Source: Callorhinchus milii (taxonomy: Eukaryota). From it: a stretch of DNA of 64,000 nt. Below the pieces are notes generated by a model. It saw only the letters and a program-made list of their open reading frames with translations. It ran no database searches and was not told the DNA's origin. Numbering within the stretch: the first letter of the stretch is position 1; every line of letters starts with the position of its first letter. Below are positions 1-12,452 of this stretch, one piece after another. The position numbers and the translations under genes are program-made. The stretch spans positions 113,028,001 to 113,092,000 of the forward strand of contig NW_024704742.1 of NCBI RefSeq assembly GCF_018977255.1, read 5' to 3'.

Positions 1-1330
1 ACAGTGACAAAGGCAGCAGAGAGGTCGAGGAGGATGAGGAGACAGAGGGAATCTTTATCACAGATGGACAGAATGTCATTTGTCGCCTTGACCAGGGCTG
101 TTTCTGTACTGTGGGCCTTGGACCTTGGAAAGAAAGGGAGGTTGGAGATGGGACAGTAGTTAGTGAGCAGGGATGGATCCAGGGAATGATTTTTTTAGGA
201 AAGGGGTGATGACAGTTATTTTTAGGGGGTGGGAATGGTGCCAGTTGACAGGGAGAGGTTGACAAGGTCTGAGAATAGAGGGGCATGGAGGTTGAGCTGG
301 GAGGTAAAGAGAGGGCTAGGAGTGGGGAGAAGGATTGAGGAGTTACCGGGGATGAAATGGTGATTGGAGATGGCTTTGTCTGTGATTGTCATAACCGAGA
401 CACTGAGGTTCCGGGTAATCAGAGGCAGAGGGAAGCTAGAAGGGCGGAGATGTCAGAGATGAAGGTGGAGGAGGGTTTGGGGGGATGATAGATAAATCAG
501 GAGAATTTTGAGGGAAAGATTGGAGGGATGGTAGAGGGTAAGGTGTTCGAAGGAGGGAAATGAGCCATAGGAGTAGTGGGATAGAGCAAGTGAGCACCTG
601 AGGATGAGGGCCACACCACCTCCATGGTGGTTAGGAAGTGGGGTATGGTGGAAGGTATAGTGAGGTGGTGTGGCCTCAATCAGGGGAAGATGTTGCCTGG
701 GGTGATCCAGGTTAGAGTGAGGGCCAGGATATCGATGTTTTCATCAACGGTGATGTTATTGATGGTGAGAGCCTTGTGGGAAAGGGACCGAGCATTGTGT
801 AGGCTGATGCGGAGGGGACCATTGGCAGAAGAATGTGCGAGATGGGAGGGGGTGGTGGGAGGATTAGCAGGGAGGATGGGAATGTGGATGAGGGAAGGAA
901 GTCTAGCTCCAAGGTCTGGATCTGGCGGGGCTTGCGGTGATAGTGGGGAATGGGGTAGTCAGTGTGGCTGCTGCTGGACAGCTAACAGCGAGCCCAACGG
1001 AGGATTCCCAGGCTGGAGCAGAGGGAGGCTGTGGATGGTCAAGTGGGGATCGGAGGTGAGGAGGATGGAGAGAGAGGAGGACAGAGCGGGATAGTTGCAG
1101 GGTAGGGAGCACTTTTGGGGAAAAGCTCAGGTCGTAGGCGGCAACCAAGATGCGCATGTCGGAACTTGAGTCAAGCGATTAGTAGTGAGGCATGGTCAGC
1201 CCACAGGCATAAAGACTATGGGGGCTAGAGGTGGCCCAGAGGGGCAGAGCACTCGTTGTGTTATCCACCAGGTTGCCCAACCTGGAAGATAACACCGAGC
1301 AGCCTGCAGGGAAAAGGCAGAGGAGCAGAA
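1..1330 (-). mobile_element. L2-clade LINE, 5' part (5' region, APE endonuclease, start of RT), internally deleted and degraded; runs off the window start
   Basis: Minus-strand translation gives EN-like NARSLSHKAL...DILALTLTW and ITDKAISNH, then RT-like NYCPISNLPFLSK, HSTETALVK and CLLILLDLSAAF. These match the other L2 copies in the window. Confidence 0.85.
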
Positions 1331-2417
1331 GGGGATCCAATAGACTATACTATACCGGTTCCAGGGATTCAAACCCAGGGGGCGGAAGTGACATCATACC
1401 GGGGTTTAGGCGGGGGTTTGTAACCTTTGCATAACCTGCCAAGATTCTGATCCAGCTCAAAAATCACAAGAAATGTATGTTTTTTGTGAATTTACAAGCT
1501 AAGCACGCAGTAAATATGAAGTGCTGTGCACAAATGGTTATGACCAAAGATTTGTTTGACTCATGCTAAAGTTCTAAACTGTGCGACAACGATCCAGTAC
1601 CACACAGTGGAATAGAATTGATTAAAACAACAACAAATTGCATTTATATAGTGCCCTTCACGCTGGAGGGCATCTCGGAGTGCTTGTGAAATAAGTTGGA
1701 TGCAAGGTTGTTTCTGCTGATAACTTTGAAGTCCTCCCGATGTGAAAGGTGCTCTATAAATGTAATTTTGTTGTTGTTGTGAAAGTTGAATACTATCCTT
1801 AATGTGATTACATGTTATCTTGTCTGTAAAAGAGTGAGACACATCAACTTTCAGCAATAGACCAGTGAGGAAAACGGAAACTTGGTCATTTCATTGTGTA
1901 TCACCTGTCATTAGAAGCAAATCAATAAAGTTCAAAATTACATTGATGGAAGAATTGAACGAAGAATGTTATTGGAGTCTAATTTGCTCGGATTACTTAA
2001 CAGATTTCTTAATGTAATTCTCTGTTTCAACACATCAGGGACCTGACATTCCATCTAGTCTTACCCTCTAAAATCTGTTTAATATGGCTCAGAATTGTGG
2101 AAAACTTTTAAATTCAGGTTCATTTGGGAGCTGTTTTTGTAGTTCTTAAAAATAATTATTTCCAAGTTCAGATTGAATTTAAGAATTTTTTCACAATTCT
2201 GTATGATCTTAAATTTTAAGACAAAATTTCAGGCTAAGAATTGGTGAAATATCAGATCTGCAAAATATGCTGAAGAATTGAAAGAAATTCAATAAGGCAT
2301 TCTCCTCATATTCAATAGTTTTCACATTGGATTCTTAGCAAATTTCTTCATAAGAAAGGGACAGTTAATGAACAAATTAAAGCACCCTCCTTGTCAGATC
2401 ATATCTGTAGTGAAATT

Positions 2418-2810
2418 ATAGAATCATAGAAATTTACAGCACAGGAGGAGGCCATTTAGCCATCGAGTCTATACCGGCTCTCAGAGCAAAATGTTCATTC
2501 AATCCTAGTCATTTTCAATCTACGACTGTTTGTGGGACATTGCTGTGCGCAATTGGCTGCCGCGTTTGCCCACAAATATACAGTCAATTCACTTTACAGT
2601 GTACTCTGTGAAGCGCTTTGGGACGTCCTCCCGACGTGAAAAGTGCTATATCAAATGCAAGGATTATTATTATTATTATAGTGCCCTGTCATATCCTCAC
2701 ATCCCCTCAGGCCTCTACAGGTAACTTTCCTGTACTTGTCTACTTCCCTCTTGAAACCCAAAATGGACTCTACCTCTACTCTTAGCAAGGCCTTCCACAT
2801 CCCAACAACT
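2418..2810 (-). mobile_element. CR1 LINE 3' end fragment interrupted by a SINE
   Basis: atagaatcatagaaatttacagcacaggaggaggccattt is the reverse of a CR1-type 3' UTR/tail; similarity resumes after 2680. Confidence 0.6.
2508..2679 (+). mobile_element. 5'-truncated young SINE (3' half with L2-type stem-loop and (TTA)n tail)
   Basis: Nearly identical to the 3' half of the full-length SINE at 17465-17774. Confidence 0.9.
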
Positions 2811-3783
2811 GTGTATACTGTGTGCAGCCCTGGTCGTTCCTAAACATTGGAAGGCATTATTCCCATGAGAGATACAGAGCCAAGCAATGATTTCAGCTTT
2901 TAGTTATGAAGAGAAGTTAAGTAAAATGAGGCTATATACGTAACATACATGTTAGGACAACAACTTGGAAACTAATAAGAGTTCAAAGAATAAAGCCCCA
3001 GATTCACAAAGCTATGGGGACCCATAAAAAGTTTTCTTTAGATCTCCAGTGTTTTTTTTCTGATGGTGTTCAGCTATTTTTGGACATGCACTAATTAAGA
3101 TTTCAAGCTAAACTGGAATATCCTGTATAAATATCTGTGATAAATAAATGAAGATTATTTCACCATATTTGGGTTATTTGTGAATTTTTGGTTGTGGAAA
3201 CTAATCCAAGTTGGGCAGGATTTGCTGAATACTGTTATTTAAAATGCAAATGCCACAGCCATATGTAAATTGCTATTCAGTCTTGTTCACTAAATTTCCC
3301 TCAAGTAATAATTGTTTCATTACAGAGGAATGGATCGTAAGAGTTGCAAACTGCAGTTATTTTCCTACAAATGCTTTAGGTACTACACTTCACAAGATTG
3401 ATGGCAAGATTGGTTTGGATGAAGAAGGCCTTCGGCCCATTGGATCTCATTGCTCCAGAATACCAAACCTATTAATCCCCATCACAGCATCAGTTTACTT
3501 TTTAAATGAATCCTAGCCTCAACCACCCATCCTGGCAAACTATTCTAGTCGTTGAAACTTCCTGGTATGTGTCCTGAAATTTCCTTTAACGACTCTAAAT
3601 CTATGTCTTCTTGTTCTACTATCTTGGTGCATCCCAAGCTATTGTTCTGGACAGTGGCAGCTGGTGACCTTTTTGACAGGTGATGCAATCTATGAGTTTG
3701 TTAACAAAGCTATCTTGTTACCATAGCAATAGACCCTTCGCGCCACTTGGCCTCTCTCCCTCTGGCCTTTTTTCCTTTGCCAG

Positions 3784-3882
3784 TCCCGCGGACCTGCTAG
3801 CCTTGCTCCCGTGCCAGTCTCATCCAATTTGCTCAGCTCCCGTTCGCAGGTCTCATAAAGCTCACTGCGAGACATGGAAATT
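3784..3882 (+). CDS. Candidate exon (99 nt), probably 5' UTR plus start codon (ATG at 3874; codes M-E-I)
   Basis: Long pyrimidine tract ending ...ttttttcctttgccag, consensus donor ATT|gtaagt, Kozak-like gacATGG with an in-frame upstream TAA, in locally CpG-rich unique sequence. No homology recognised. Confidence 0.4.
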
Positions 3883-6127
3883 GTAAGTGAGGCAGTGCCT
3901 TACCCGACTCACCTGATGAGCCCCAATCTTCTGAAGTCTTGATGGGAAAGGAGGAGTGAAAGTTGCCAACATTAGCCATCTTAGGCCAGTATTACATTTC
4001 AGTAGACATATGAATGCAAGTCGTGCAAGGGAAAAAAGGGACCCTGGCATTTCACAGACACTGGATTCCTCTCTGCAAGGTGGGTTTTCTCATGACCACT
4101 GCTGTTAGCAGCATCAGAGTCTGGCAAGTGATTACAATTCTGACAATGCAGTCTAAACTGAGATTTCCAAAAAGAATTGTAAGTAATGAATCATGGATAT
4201 GTTGTAGCCAATCTATTCAAATGCCAATTGGACTTGAATAATTAGTTCCGACATCCATAAAGTCAGCTGGAGATGGAGTTCCAGAGGATCAACTGTGACA
4301 CATCTGGATTTTCTGTTTACAAATCCCACACTTGAAACCCCCTGTGTAGTTTTAATGCTTGTATATTTTGTGATGAATTGTTAATCTTAGAAATTATCCA
4401 CAGCATTGGCAGTGCATTGGGGTGGCTTTATTTTCTGGTTACGGAGCCTCCCTGCTGTGTAAGAAAGGTTCTTATATTCAATAATGCATTGGTGACTTAC
4501 ATAAGAAAACAGAGAGCTTAGCCCAACCCGGTCCAGAGAAAAAATAAGACGTCTTGGTACTGCAAGAGTCAATGGGGCATTTTTTATTTTGCTGTCTCTG
4601 GTGCTGCTGACTTCAAAGGTTGTGAGAATACCCACCTTAGGACATGCAATGCCACTGTCCGTTTTTTCCTTGCAAGCAGAACTTCTGTTGCTACTACTGC
4701 TGCAATTCAACAGAAGTCTATGATGAGTGATGTTGCCATCTTTCCACCCCTCCCTTCCCATTAAAAACCTACTCAGTCTCTGAATGGCGAGAATAACTTC
4801 TACCCAAGTTATCAGGAGAAATAGTCTTAATAAGCACACAAGGCTGGGACTCTGATGAGCTGATGGCAGTGTATAACACTGTTAACATCCTGCACTGCTT
4901 ATCATCACGAGGCATGACTCCCGAGGGAAGTGCTATAAGTGCACACTGCCAATTACTTGCTTGGTGTACAATCAATTACTGAGTACAAAAGGTAATTCAG
5001 ATAAAGCTTTTTCCTTTTATTTTTAACAAAATGAGGTTGAACTTGAATAGCTACACGTTCTGAACATCAAGGTGCAGCATTAGTAAAGACACTCACCGTA
5101 ACCACCCAAAGGAATAGAGAGAAAGATTACAGCTTTCAAAACCTGCTTTAGGTTTTCAGACACCATTGAAGAGGATAATTGGAAGAAAAGATCCACATCA
5201 GGGAAGCTTTCTCACCATCTTCATTTTTCCCTTCTCTCTGTCTCGCCTGTGCATTCTGTATTCTTTATTTCTCTCTCTCTCTCTCGCTCTGTAACCCCAC
5301 CCCACCCATCCCAGTTCTTCCAGCCTCCAGCCCATGTTGGTTTAGTATCTCACCTTTAACAATGCACTGCACTGTATCAGCCTAGGCTGTGAGATCAAAA
5401 ACCCTAAACTAGGACTTGAACCCACAACTTTCTGCCTCAGAGACAAGAGTGCTACCAACTGAACTAGGCTGACACTATCTAACTATTCCATAAGATTCAT
5501 ACATGTATGAAAGTAAAAATGCTGCAATAAAATTTAATATCTATGATAAATCACTGACTTTTCAACTCGTCTTCTGCCCCTCTAGCCTTTGTAGTTTGTG
5601 ACTTGGATAATCATAATAAAACTATTATAAATGCATAAGCAAATTAAATTATAAACTTCATGTAAAAAATAAACAAATGATAACAACAACTTGCATTTAT
5701 ATAGCGCCCCTCACGCAGGGTAGCGTCCCGGAGCGCTTGATACATTTTAGAGAGCAAAATACTCCATTTCAAAAGAATACTGCAAGAAAAAGCTCTGCAG
5801 AGGTCTTATCCATAAGAATCCGTGGGAAGTGTTTTCTCTCCGCAGCATTTTGTTAAATAAAGATATTCTTAGCTACATTTTCACACAAGCATGTCTCCTC
5901 GTACTGGGTTATTTTTTTAACAAAAATATTACCACATGAGAGAATAGCGAAAAAGAAATATATCAAGAAAATTCAAACCATATTTATAGCGTATGAGTTG
6001 GATGCAACATCAAAGCAGTGTTCACAATGTTACTCATTATGATTAAGACATCAATGTACAAAACTGAGACCAGATCTTATGGGGAGGGGCTGAAGTATAT
6101 ATTTAAGTTGTCCTTTATTTTTTTCAG

Positions 6128-6156
6128 AAAAAATTAGAGCTTATCAGGATGATGGA
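6128..6156 (+). CDS. Candidate 29-nt microexon (KKLELIRMM[D/E] if joined to 3874-3882)
   Basis: Strong acceptor ttgtcctttatttttttcag and consensus donor GGA|gtgagt; open in the frame set by ATG 3874. Confidence 0.4.
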
Positions 6157-6849
6157 GTGAGTGCTCAAAAATTGAATTATGTTTCTTTTGACTATTGTAG
6201 TAATGAGCCACACTTGTCTTGACTATAAATACCACAAATCATGACCAATTGCTGTACGTAAACATCCTTTCTAGTTTAGACATGTTTCAGCCCCCAAAAG
6301 ATTTGGTGTCAGTTCTGTGCATTGATATCTCAATCAAAATACGTAATGTTGTGAACATTGCTGTTGATGTGCACATTTCATGCTGCATCCTCATTGCACT
6401 GTTCAAAAAAAGGCCACAGTGTCCTGGCCAATAATTCCCCCAAATAAAATCAGTCATTCACTTCATGACTTTTTGGGATGTTGATACGCTCAAATTAGCT
6501 GCCATATTTGCCTACAAATACATAATTCTTGGACTTCAGAATAAAATTCTGTGAAGTACTTTGAGACATATCGTCAATGGAATAACAATCTATATAAAAT
6601 GCAGCTTAAAAGTACTGTATCCTCATAACTATGTCACTATTTACTATCTTAAAGGTTATCTTTGATTTAGATGGATCAGCTAATAAATGATACAAGTATT
6701 AGACTAAAATGTGAAACCTGGCAACTTTATTTCACACAAGATTTAATCATCCCTCTGTTAATAGTAAATTATCTGCATTAACACCAGTTCTTTTTAAGAT
6801 GGTCATGTTATTTATTACAAACATCACCATGTTTCAAATTACAACTTTT

Positions 6850-7420
6850 ACAAAGGATGTGTGGCTTGGAAACAGGCCACTTGGCTCAACCAGTCCGTGC
6901 CAGTGTTTATACTCCACACGGGTCTACGCCTAGTCCTTACTCCCTCCCATATCTTTCTCTTCTCCTCTCCCTCATGTGAAGGTTTAGCTTCCTTTTGAAT
7001 GCGTCTAAACTATCAGATTTAGCCACCACTTCATGCAGAAAGTTCCACAATCTCACCACCTTCTGCATGAAGTAGTTCCTCCTAAATTCTCTAGCTTATA
7101 TTTGTATCCCCCAATTAACCAAGGAAACAGCTATTTATGTTAACCTTATTCAATCCTTTTTATCATTTTAAACACTTCTATTAGGTCTCCCCTTGTACAT
7201 CTATTCTCTAGCAAAAAAAGGTTTAACCTATCTTGTCTATCCTGGTAGCAGTAACCTGCCAGCCCTAGTACATATCTATAAACCTACGCTGTATTCTTTC
7301 CAGCGCTGCTATGTCCTTCTTAGAGTGGAGGCCAGAACTGAACACAATATTCAGAAAGTAGTCTAACCAAGTTTTTGTATGATTTCAACATCACCTCCTC
7401 GCTTTTATATTCTATCCCTC
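6850..7420 (-). mobile_element. Old CR1 LINE 3' fragment
   Basis: Reverse strand resembles the CR1 ORF2 C-terminus (LVRLLSEYCVQFWPPL..KDIAALERIQRR) and the 3' UTR seen at 15260-15830. Confidence 0.75.
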
Positions 7421-7444
7421 TGGACAGTAAATGTAATATCTAAT

Positions 7445-7960
7445 TATATCCTCCTGAGGTGGAGGGGGGAGAGGTATGTGGGGTCTCCTTGGAGCTAAAT
7501 TGGCTCCAAGGTGACATGCTTGGCAATGGGATGTCAGAATCAAGTCAGCCCTCTGGCAGTTCCAATAGTCTGGATCCTGAGCCAGTCGGGTCCGCAGTAC
7601 TCCAAGGTATTGCTGATGACAGCACAGCCAGTCTGGCTCATCAACAGTACTTGGAAGAGCAGACTGGTCACTGGGGGAAAAGACTCTTTCAATTCAGTTC
7701 CTGATAACCCTGCAAGGCAAAGCCTTAACAGGCAGGGTGGCATGAACTGAACAGATAGTGAGAAGAGTGGGAGACAATGCTTTCAATGGCAAGCTGTGTG
7801 GTTTTAGTTGGTTAAACTCTGGGGGGTAGAGTTTCCATTCCAGACATGTGTTATGGTGCATACATGGAACTCTCAGTTTGGTTTGGATCCTCTTGAGCAC
7901 GGTGATGGATTCCACATATGTTGGACACCCGGCTGACCCAAAAAAATGTTCAGTGCTGCA
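7445..7960 (-). repeat. Unclassified ~550-bp dispersed repeat (copy 1)
   Basis: Homologous to 38720-39275, 47485-48225, 36215-36620 and fragments at 10160-10335, 10855-11150 and 37200-37365. Confidence 0.8.
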
Positions 7961-8685
7961 GCAAGTTCTGGACAATTCCTGATAAATTCAGAATAGCCTG
8001 TATTGCAGTGGTACAATTAAGATTTTCCTGCACTCCTGCTGATTCCTTAATTGTGAATGATTGAGTTTGGCTGTCCTCACAGTCCACAAGAGATTATTGA
8101 GGCTTTCCCACAGGAGGAGGATAATTCAGAAGGGGACTCACCTTAGGAAACTCTAATGTGGGTAACTCCAGTACCCAGGAATAGCTCACTTATTTACCAT
8201 GAAAAATGAAGGGGGTGAAAAGTGCAGTTTCATAACAATTTCAATGTGATCATTTGATTTCTTATGAAACATTCTATTTTTCAGCTCAAAGTGTGAGACT
8301 GACTCGTTTTAAACAATGTTAACTCATTTGGATTTTGTGGTATTTGATAATTCTTCTAGGCAAAGCATGCACACAAGTTGTAATGGTATTATTTTGTTTA
8401 TGAATTCTTTAAATCCCATAAGTAAGGAAATATTCCAATTCACAATGAAGGAATGCTTGTTTAACCCATATGTTTAAAAGCATGTGATGACTGACAAAAT
8501 CAAAAGCCATATGTTGGTTAGCAGAGAATACAACTGTTTGACAAGCTAGTCATTATTTAATCATCTATGAGATCCGAAAACAATACAAATTAACAAAAGC
8601 GAATTCTAATGAAGACTGCAAATCCCATTACACTATCTACTCAACTATAAGAAATAATTATGAATAATATATAATAATTATTGCA

Positions 8686-9330
8686 GCAACAACAACAAAA
8701 TTACATTTGTATAGCACCTCTCACTTTGGGTGGACATCCCAAGGCGCTGGACAGTCAGTGTGTCAGACCTGAGCTGGGGGGCAGGATTGGGGAGAGTGGA
8801 GAGCAGAGAGAAAGCAGGGAGATAGAAAGCATGGTCAAAGAGGAGGCTCTTGAGATGGGTCTTGAAGGAGACAAGGGAGAGTGCGAGGTGGAGGGACTGC
8901 AGGATGGAGTTCCAGAGGTGGGGGCAGAGTGGCAGAAGGCCCGCCCGCCCGCCAAAGGTGGGGCTGGTGAGGCGGGGGACGTGAAGCAGGCCAGAGCCCG
9001 CTGAGCGGTGGGAACAGGCAGTATGGTAGGGGGTTAGGAGGTCACAGTGATAGGGGGGAGCAATACCATGGAGCGCTTTGAAGGTGAGGACCAGGATCTT
9101 GAACTATATCCTCTGTGTGATGGGAAGCCAGTGGGGTCGGACGAGGATGGGGGCGATAGGGTCATGGAGCCTGATGTGAGAGAGGACATGGGCTGCAGAG
9201 TTCTGGATGATCTGCAGCCTATGGAGGGAGGAGTTGGGGAGGCCGACAACCAAGGAGTTTGCATAGTCAAGCCACAATGTAATGAATGCGTGTATGAGGG
9301 TTTTAGCGGCCCGCGGTGTGAGACAGTGGC
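8686..9330 (-). mobile_element. L2 LINE 3' end with stem-loop and (TTG)n tail
   Basis: ORF 9104..9367 LDYANSL...LQIIQNSAA...HWLPITQRI; tail cagcgccttgggatgtcc...ttgttgttg. Confidence 0.92.
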
Positions 9331-9412
9331 AATTGATATAGTGCCTTATCACAGTCATCAAAATCAACTAAAGCACTTCACAGGAATTAATGTAAAGTGT
9401 GGTGACTTTTAG

Positions 9413-9836
9413 ATCAGCCTGGCTCAGTTGGTAGCACTCTGGCCTGAATCTGAAGGTTATGGGTTCAAGCCACCCATTGGCACTTTGAGGTGACATTTTA
9501 GGCTGAACTCCAGTGCAGTGCTGGGGGTGTCCTGCATTGTCAGAGGTGCCATACTTCATATGAGACATTGAACTGAGTCTCCATCTACCAGTTCAGGTGG
9601 ACGTTAATGATCCAAAGCACTTTCCTAAAAGAGAAACAAGGTTCTGGCCAACAATCCCCCAGATAAGATTAATCATCACTTCGTGGTTGTAGATAGGATA
9701 TTGTTGTGCACAAATTGGCTGCTGCATTTACCTGCAAAAGTACAGACATTACAATTTACAGTGAATCCCTTGAAGGGCTTTGAGACACCCCTCCCAACAT
9801 GAAAGGCACTGTATCAAATGCAAAGATTATTATTAT
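9413..9836 (+). mobile_element. Deu-domain SINE (SacSINE1/AmnSINE1-like), near full length
   Basis: tRNA-like head (tggctcagttggtagcactc...ggttcaagcc), Deu-like core (cagtgcagtgctggggg...gtcagaggtgcc...ttcaggtggacgttaa), L2-like tail with (TTA)n. Family name is from recalled consensus. Confidence 0.8.
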
Positions 9837-10444
9837 TTGTACATGAACACCGTAGCCAAGTTACATGCAGCAATGTCCTACAAACAGCTTTGATCATTTT
9901 TATCTCCCCATACGGGCACAAGACCTGACCATGATAAATCGTGAAGCAATGATAACTTCTGGAAAAGTAAAGTATTATACTCTAGTCCTCCAGCACAAAT
10001 GTATTTTCATCTAAATAGTTTGCATAGGCATTGCAGCAACTATTTTCTTTCTCCCTTTGGTGGTTACTGATAATTAATTTTCAACTAAGGACATATTGAA
10101 GCATTGAAAAATTCCATGAAGCAGAAACCGATGTTGATGAGGAAATACCAAATTCTTCTTTTTTGGTCAGCCAGGCATCTAACACATGCAAAAATACTAC
10201 CACAACACTTAAGAGTATCCACACTGAAAGTTCTATATATGTCTGCCATCTTCTCATGGAAGACTCCCTGTGTCTTGAATGTTGTGCATATTCTCCGTAA
10301 CTTGTTATCTAACTCTGGAGAGTATTAGGCACAGGTTATCAACTAAATATGAAAGTTTTCGCTTCAGATTAGAGGTTAAAGTGAAATGGAAAAACCTCAG
10401 TCTCTATTGATAAAGAAGAAATAATTTCCATTTTGAGGCTTTAT

Positions 10445-10700
10445 CACATTAACCATTTCAGGGTTATTCCAAGTAATTCCTGACATGGCTATGATCGTAG
10501 GCAAACGTGGCAACAATTTGTGCTGGCATGTTCCCACAAACAGCTATGAGATGAATGACAATTGATTTGGGGCATTGTTGGCCAGGCCAGAGGAAGAAAC
10601 TCCCATATCTTTTTGAATTGTGTCCTAGGATCTTTAACATCCATTTGAACAACTCAATTTAACAACTCATCTGAAAGACAGACCTTCAACAATGCAATGC
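10445..10700 (-). mobile_element. Deu-domain SINE fragment
   Basis: Reverse complement of the core and 3' part of 9413-9836. Confidence 0.7.
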
Positions 10701-12149
10701 GATTACTGATCCCTATGATTGCATCCGTCAATATTGCTGAACTGTGCTGCTCACCAGGTACCTCACAGGGATTTCCTTCTACAAGTACCTGCTATCCAAT
10801 GAGCGAGGGCTCAAACCTGGGCGTATCGAATGTTAAATGACTAACCAGTGACTATCCTCCTGGGAGAGGAGATGGTAGCGGGGTCTCCTTGGAGGTTAGC
10901 TGGTCTCCAAGATGACAGAAGCAGAATGTCGGAATCAATCTGTGCGATTCTTGGAATTCCTAGACTCAAGGACACTCCTGATGACAAATCAGACAGCCTC
11001 GATCATCAGCAGGACTAAAAGAGGCAGACCAGTCATTCGGATTTCGGATTCTTCTCATTCATTTCCTGTTAGTCCTGCAAAATCTTAAGTGGGTAAGCAG
11101 AGAAAAGTTTGTCAAACAGTGCTCTCAATGCCAAAGCATGCTGTTTTAACCCAGAGAGTCTACTGGGAGCAGAGAGCGTACTCGAGTGAGCTGCGACCAG
11201 AGTGAGGTGAGACCAGAGTGAGAAGGAATTGGATGAGAGTGGGAATTACTGTTTTATTACTTGTTAGCACTAACTTAAAACTTTAAACTCTTGATATTAA
11301 CTGTAAATTAAAATTGTGAGTAAACTGAACAAGTAGCAGCTGTGGCAGGTTTACTAACTGCAATTTAGACTTAACAATAATAATAACAATTAGACTTAAC
11401 AATAGGGAGGAGGTCCTGCAGAGGGAGTTTCAGGAGTTAGGAGCTAAATTAAGACAGGACCTCGAGAGTAATAATCTCTGGATTATTACCCAAGCCACAT
11501 GTAAATTGGAATAGGGAGAAACAGATCAGGAAATTTATCACGTGGCTAAAACATTGGTGTGGGAAAGAAGGGTTCCTCTTCATGGGACACTGGCACCAAT
11601 ACTGGGACAGGAAGGAGCTGTACAAATGGGTTGGGTTCCACCTGAACCGGAAGGGGACCAACATTCTTGCGAAAACGGTAAATACGGCTGTAGCAAAGGC
11701 TTTAAACTAGTAAAAGTGGGGGAAGGATCAGAAGGAAATGACTCAAGCCAGACAAAAGTAAGAAATAAGAAGAATATAAATGGTCAGGGGATTAATACAA
11801 TTATACAACAGAAGTGTGAAAAGACTGTCAAAAATAAAATGAGGGGAACAACTAATAATAATAAATGAAACCCTCTGTACAGCAAAGTACACAACATCTG
11901 AAATAAAACAGGAGAACTGGAGGCAATAATTCATAATGAGGAACCAGATAGAATTGGGATTACTGAAACGTGGCTACAAAAAGAACAGGACTGGCAATTA
12001 AACATTGCAGGGTATAATGTAATTAGGAAGGATAGAGATGAGAAAAAGGGCGGTGGACTAGCTGTACTCATTAGGGATAACATCATGGCAGTAGAAAAAA
12101 GGGATATAACCAACTGTAAGATAAAAGCAGAATCTGTGAGGATAGAGAT

Positions 12150-12452
12150 AAATAATAATAATAATAATCCTTGCATATGATATGGCACTTTTCACGTCTT
12201 CTAGACGTCTCAAAGCGCTTCACAGAATATACTGTAAAGTGAATTGACTGTATATTTGTGGACGAAATGCGGCAGCCAATTGCGCACAGCAGTGTCCCAC
12301 AAACAGCCATGGATTGAAATGACCAATTCTTTGTTGTTTTTTTGAGGGATTATTATTGGCTGTGTGGAGTAAGGAAACTTGTCCAAGGTTTCGCCCTGCC
12401 AGATATTGAACCCAGGTGTCTCACTTGCAAAGCGAGTGCTCTAACCACTGAT
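12150..12452 (-). mobile_element. tRNA-Ala-headed SINE (short form) nested in the CR1 endonuclease region
   Basis: Reverse complement of the SINE at 17465; tail loop variant acgtc-tagaa-gacgt. Confidence 0.9.

Noticed and set aside
624..1094. 156-aa plus-strand ORF and similar G-rich ORFs
   Set aside because: Antisense shadows of C-rich L2 sequence.
3912..3965. CTGATGAG...GAAA as a hammerhead ribozyme (also at 4852 and about 16455, minus)
   Set aside because: No properly closed helix II directly before GAAA and no helix I/III pairing is visible.
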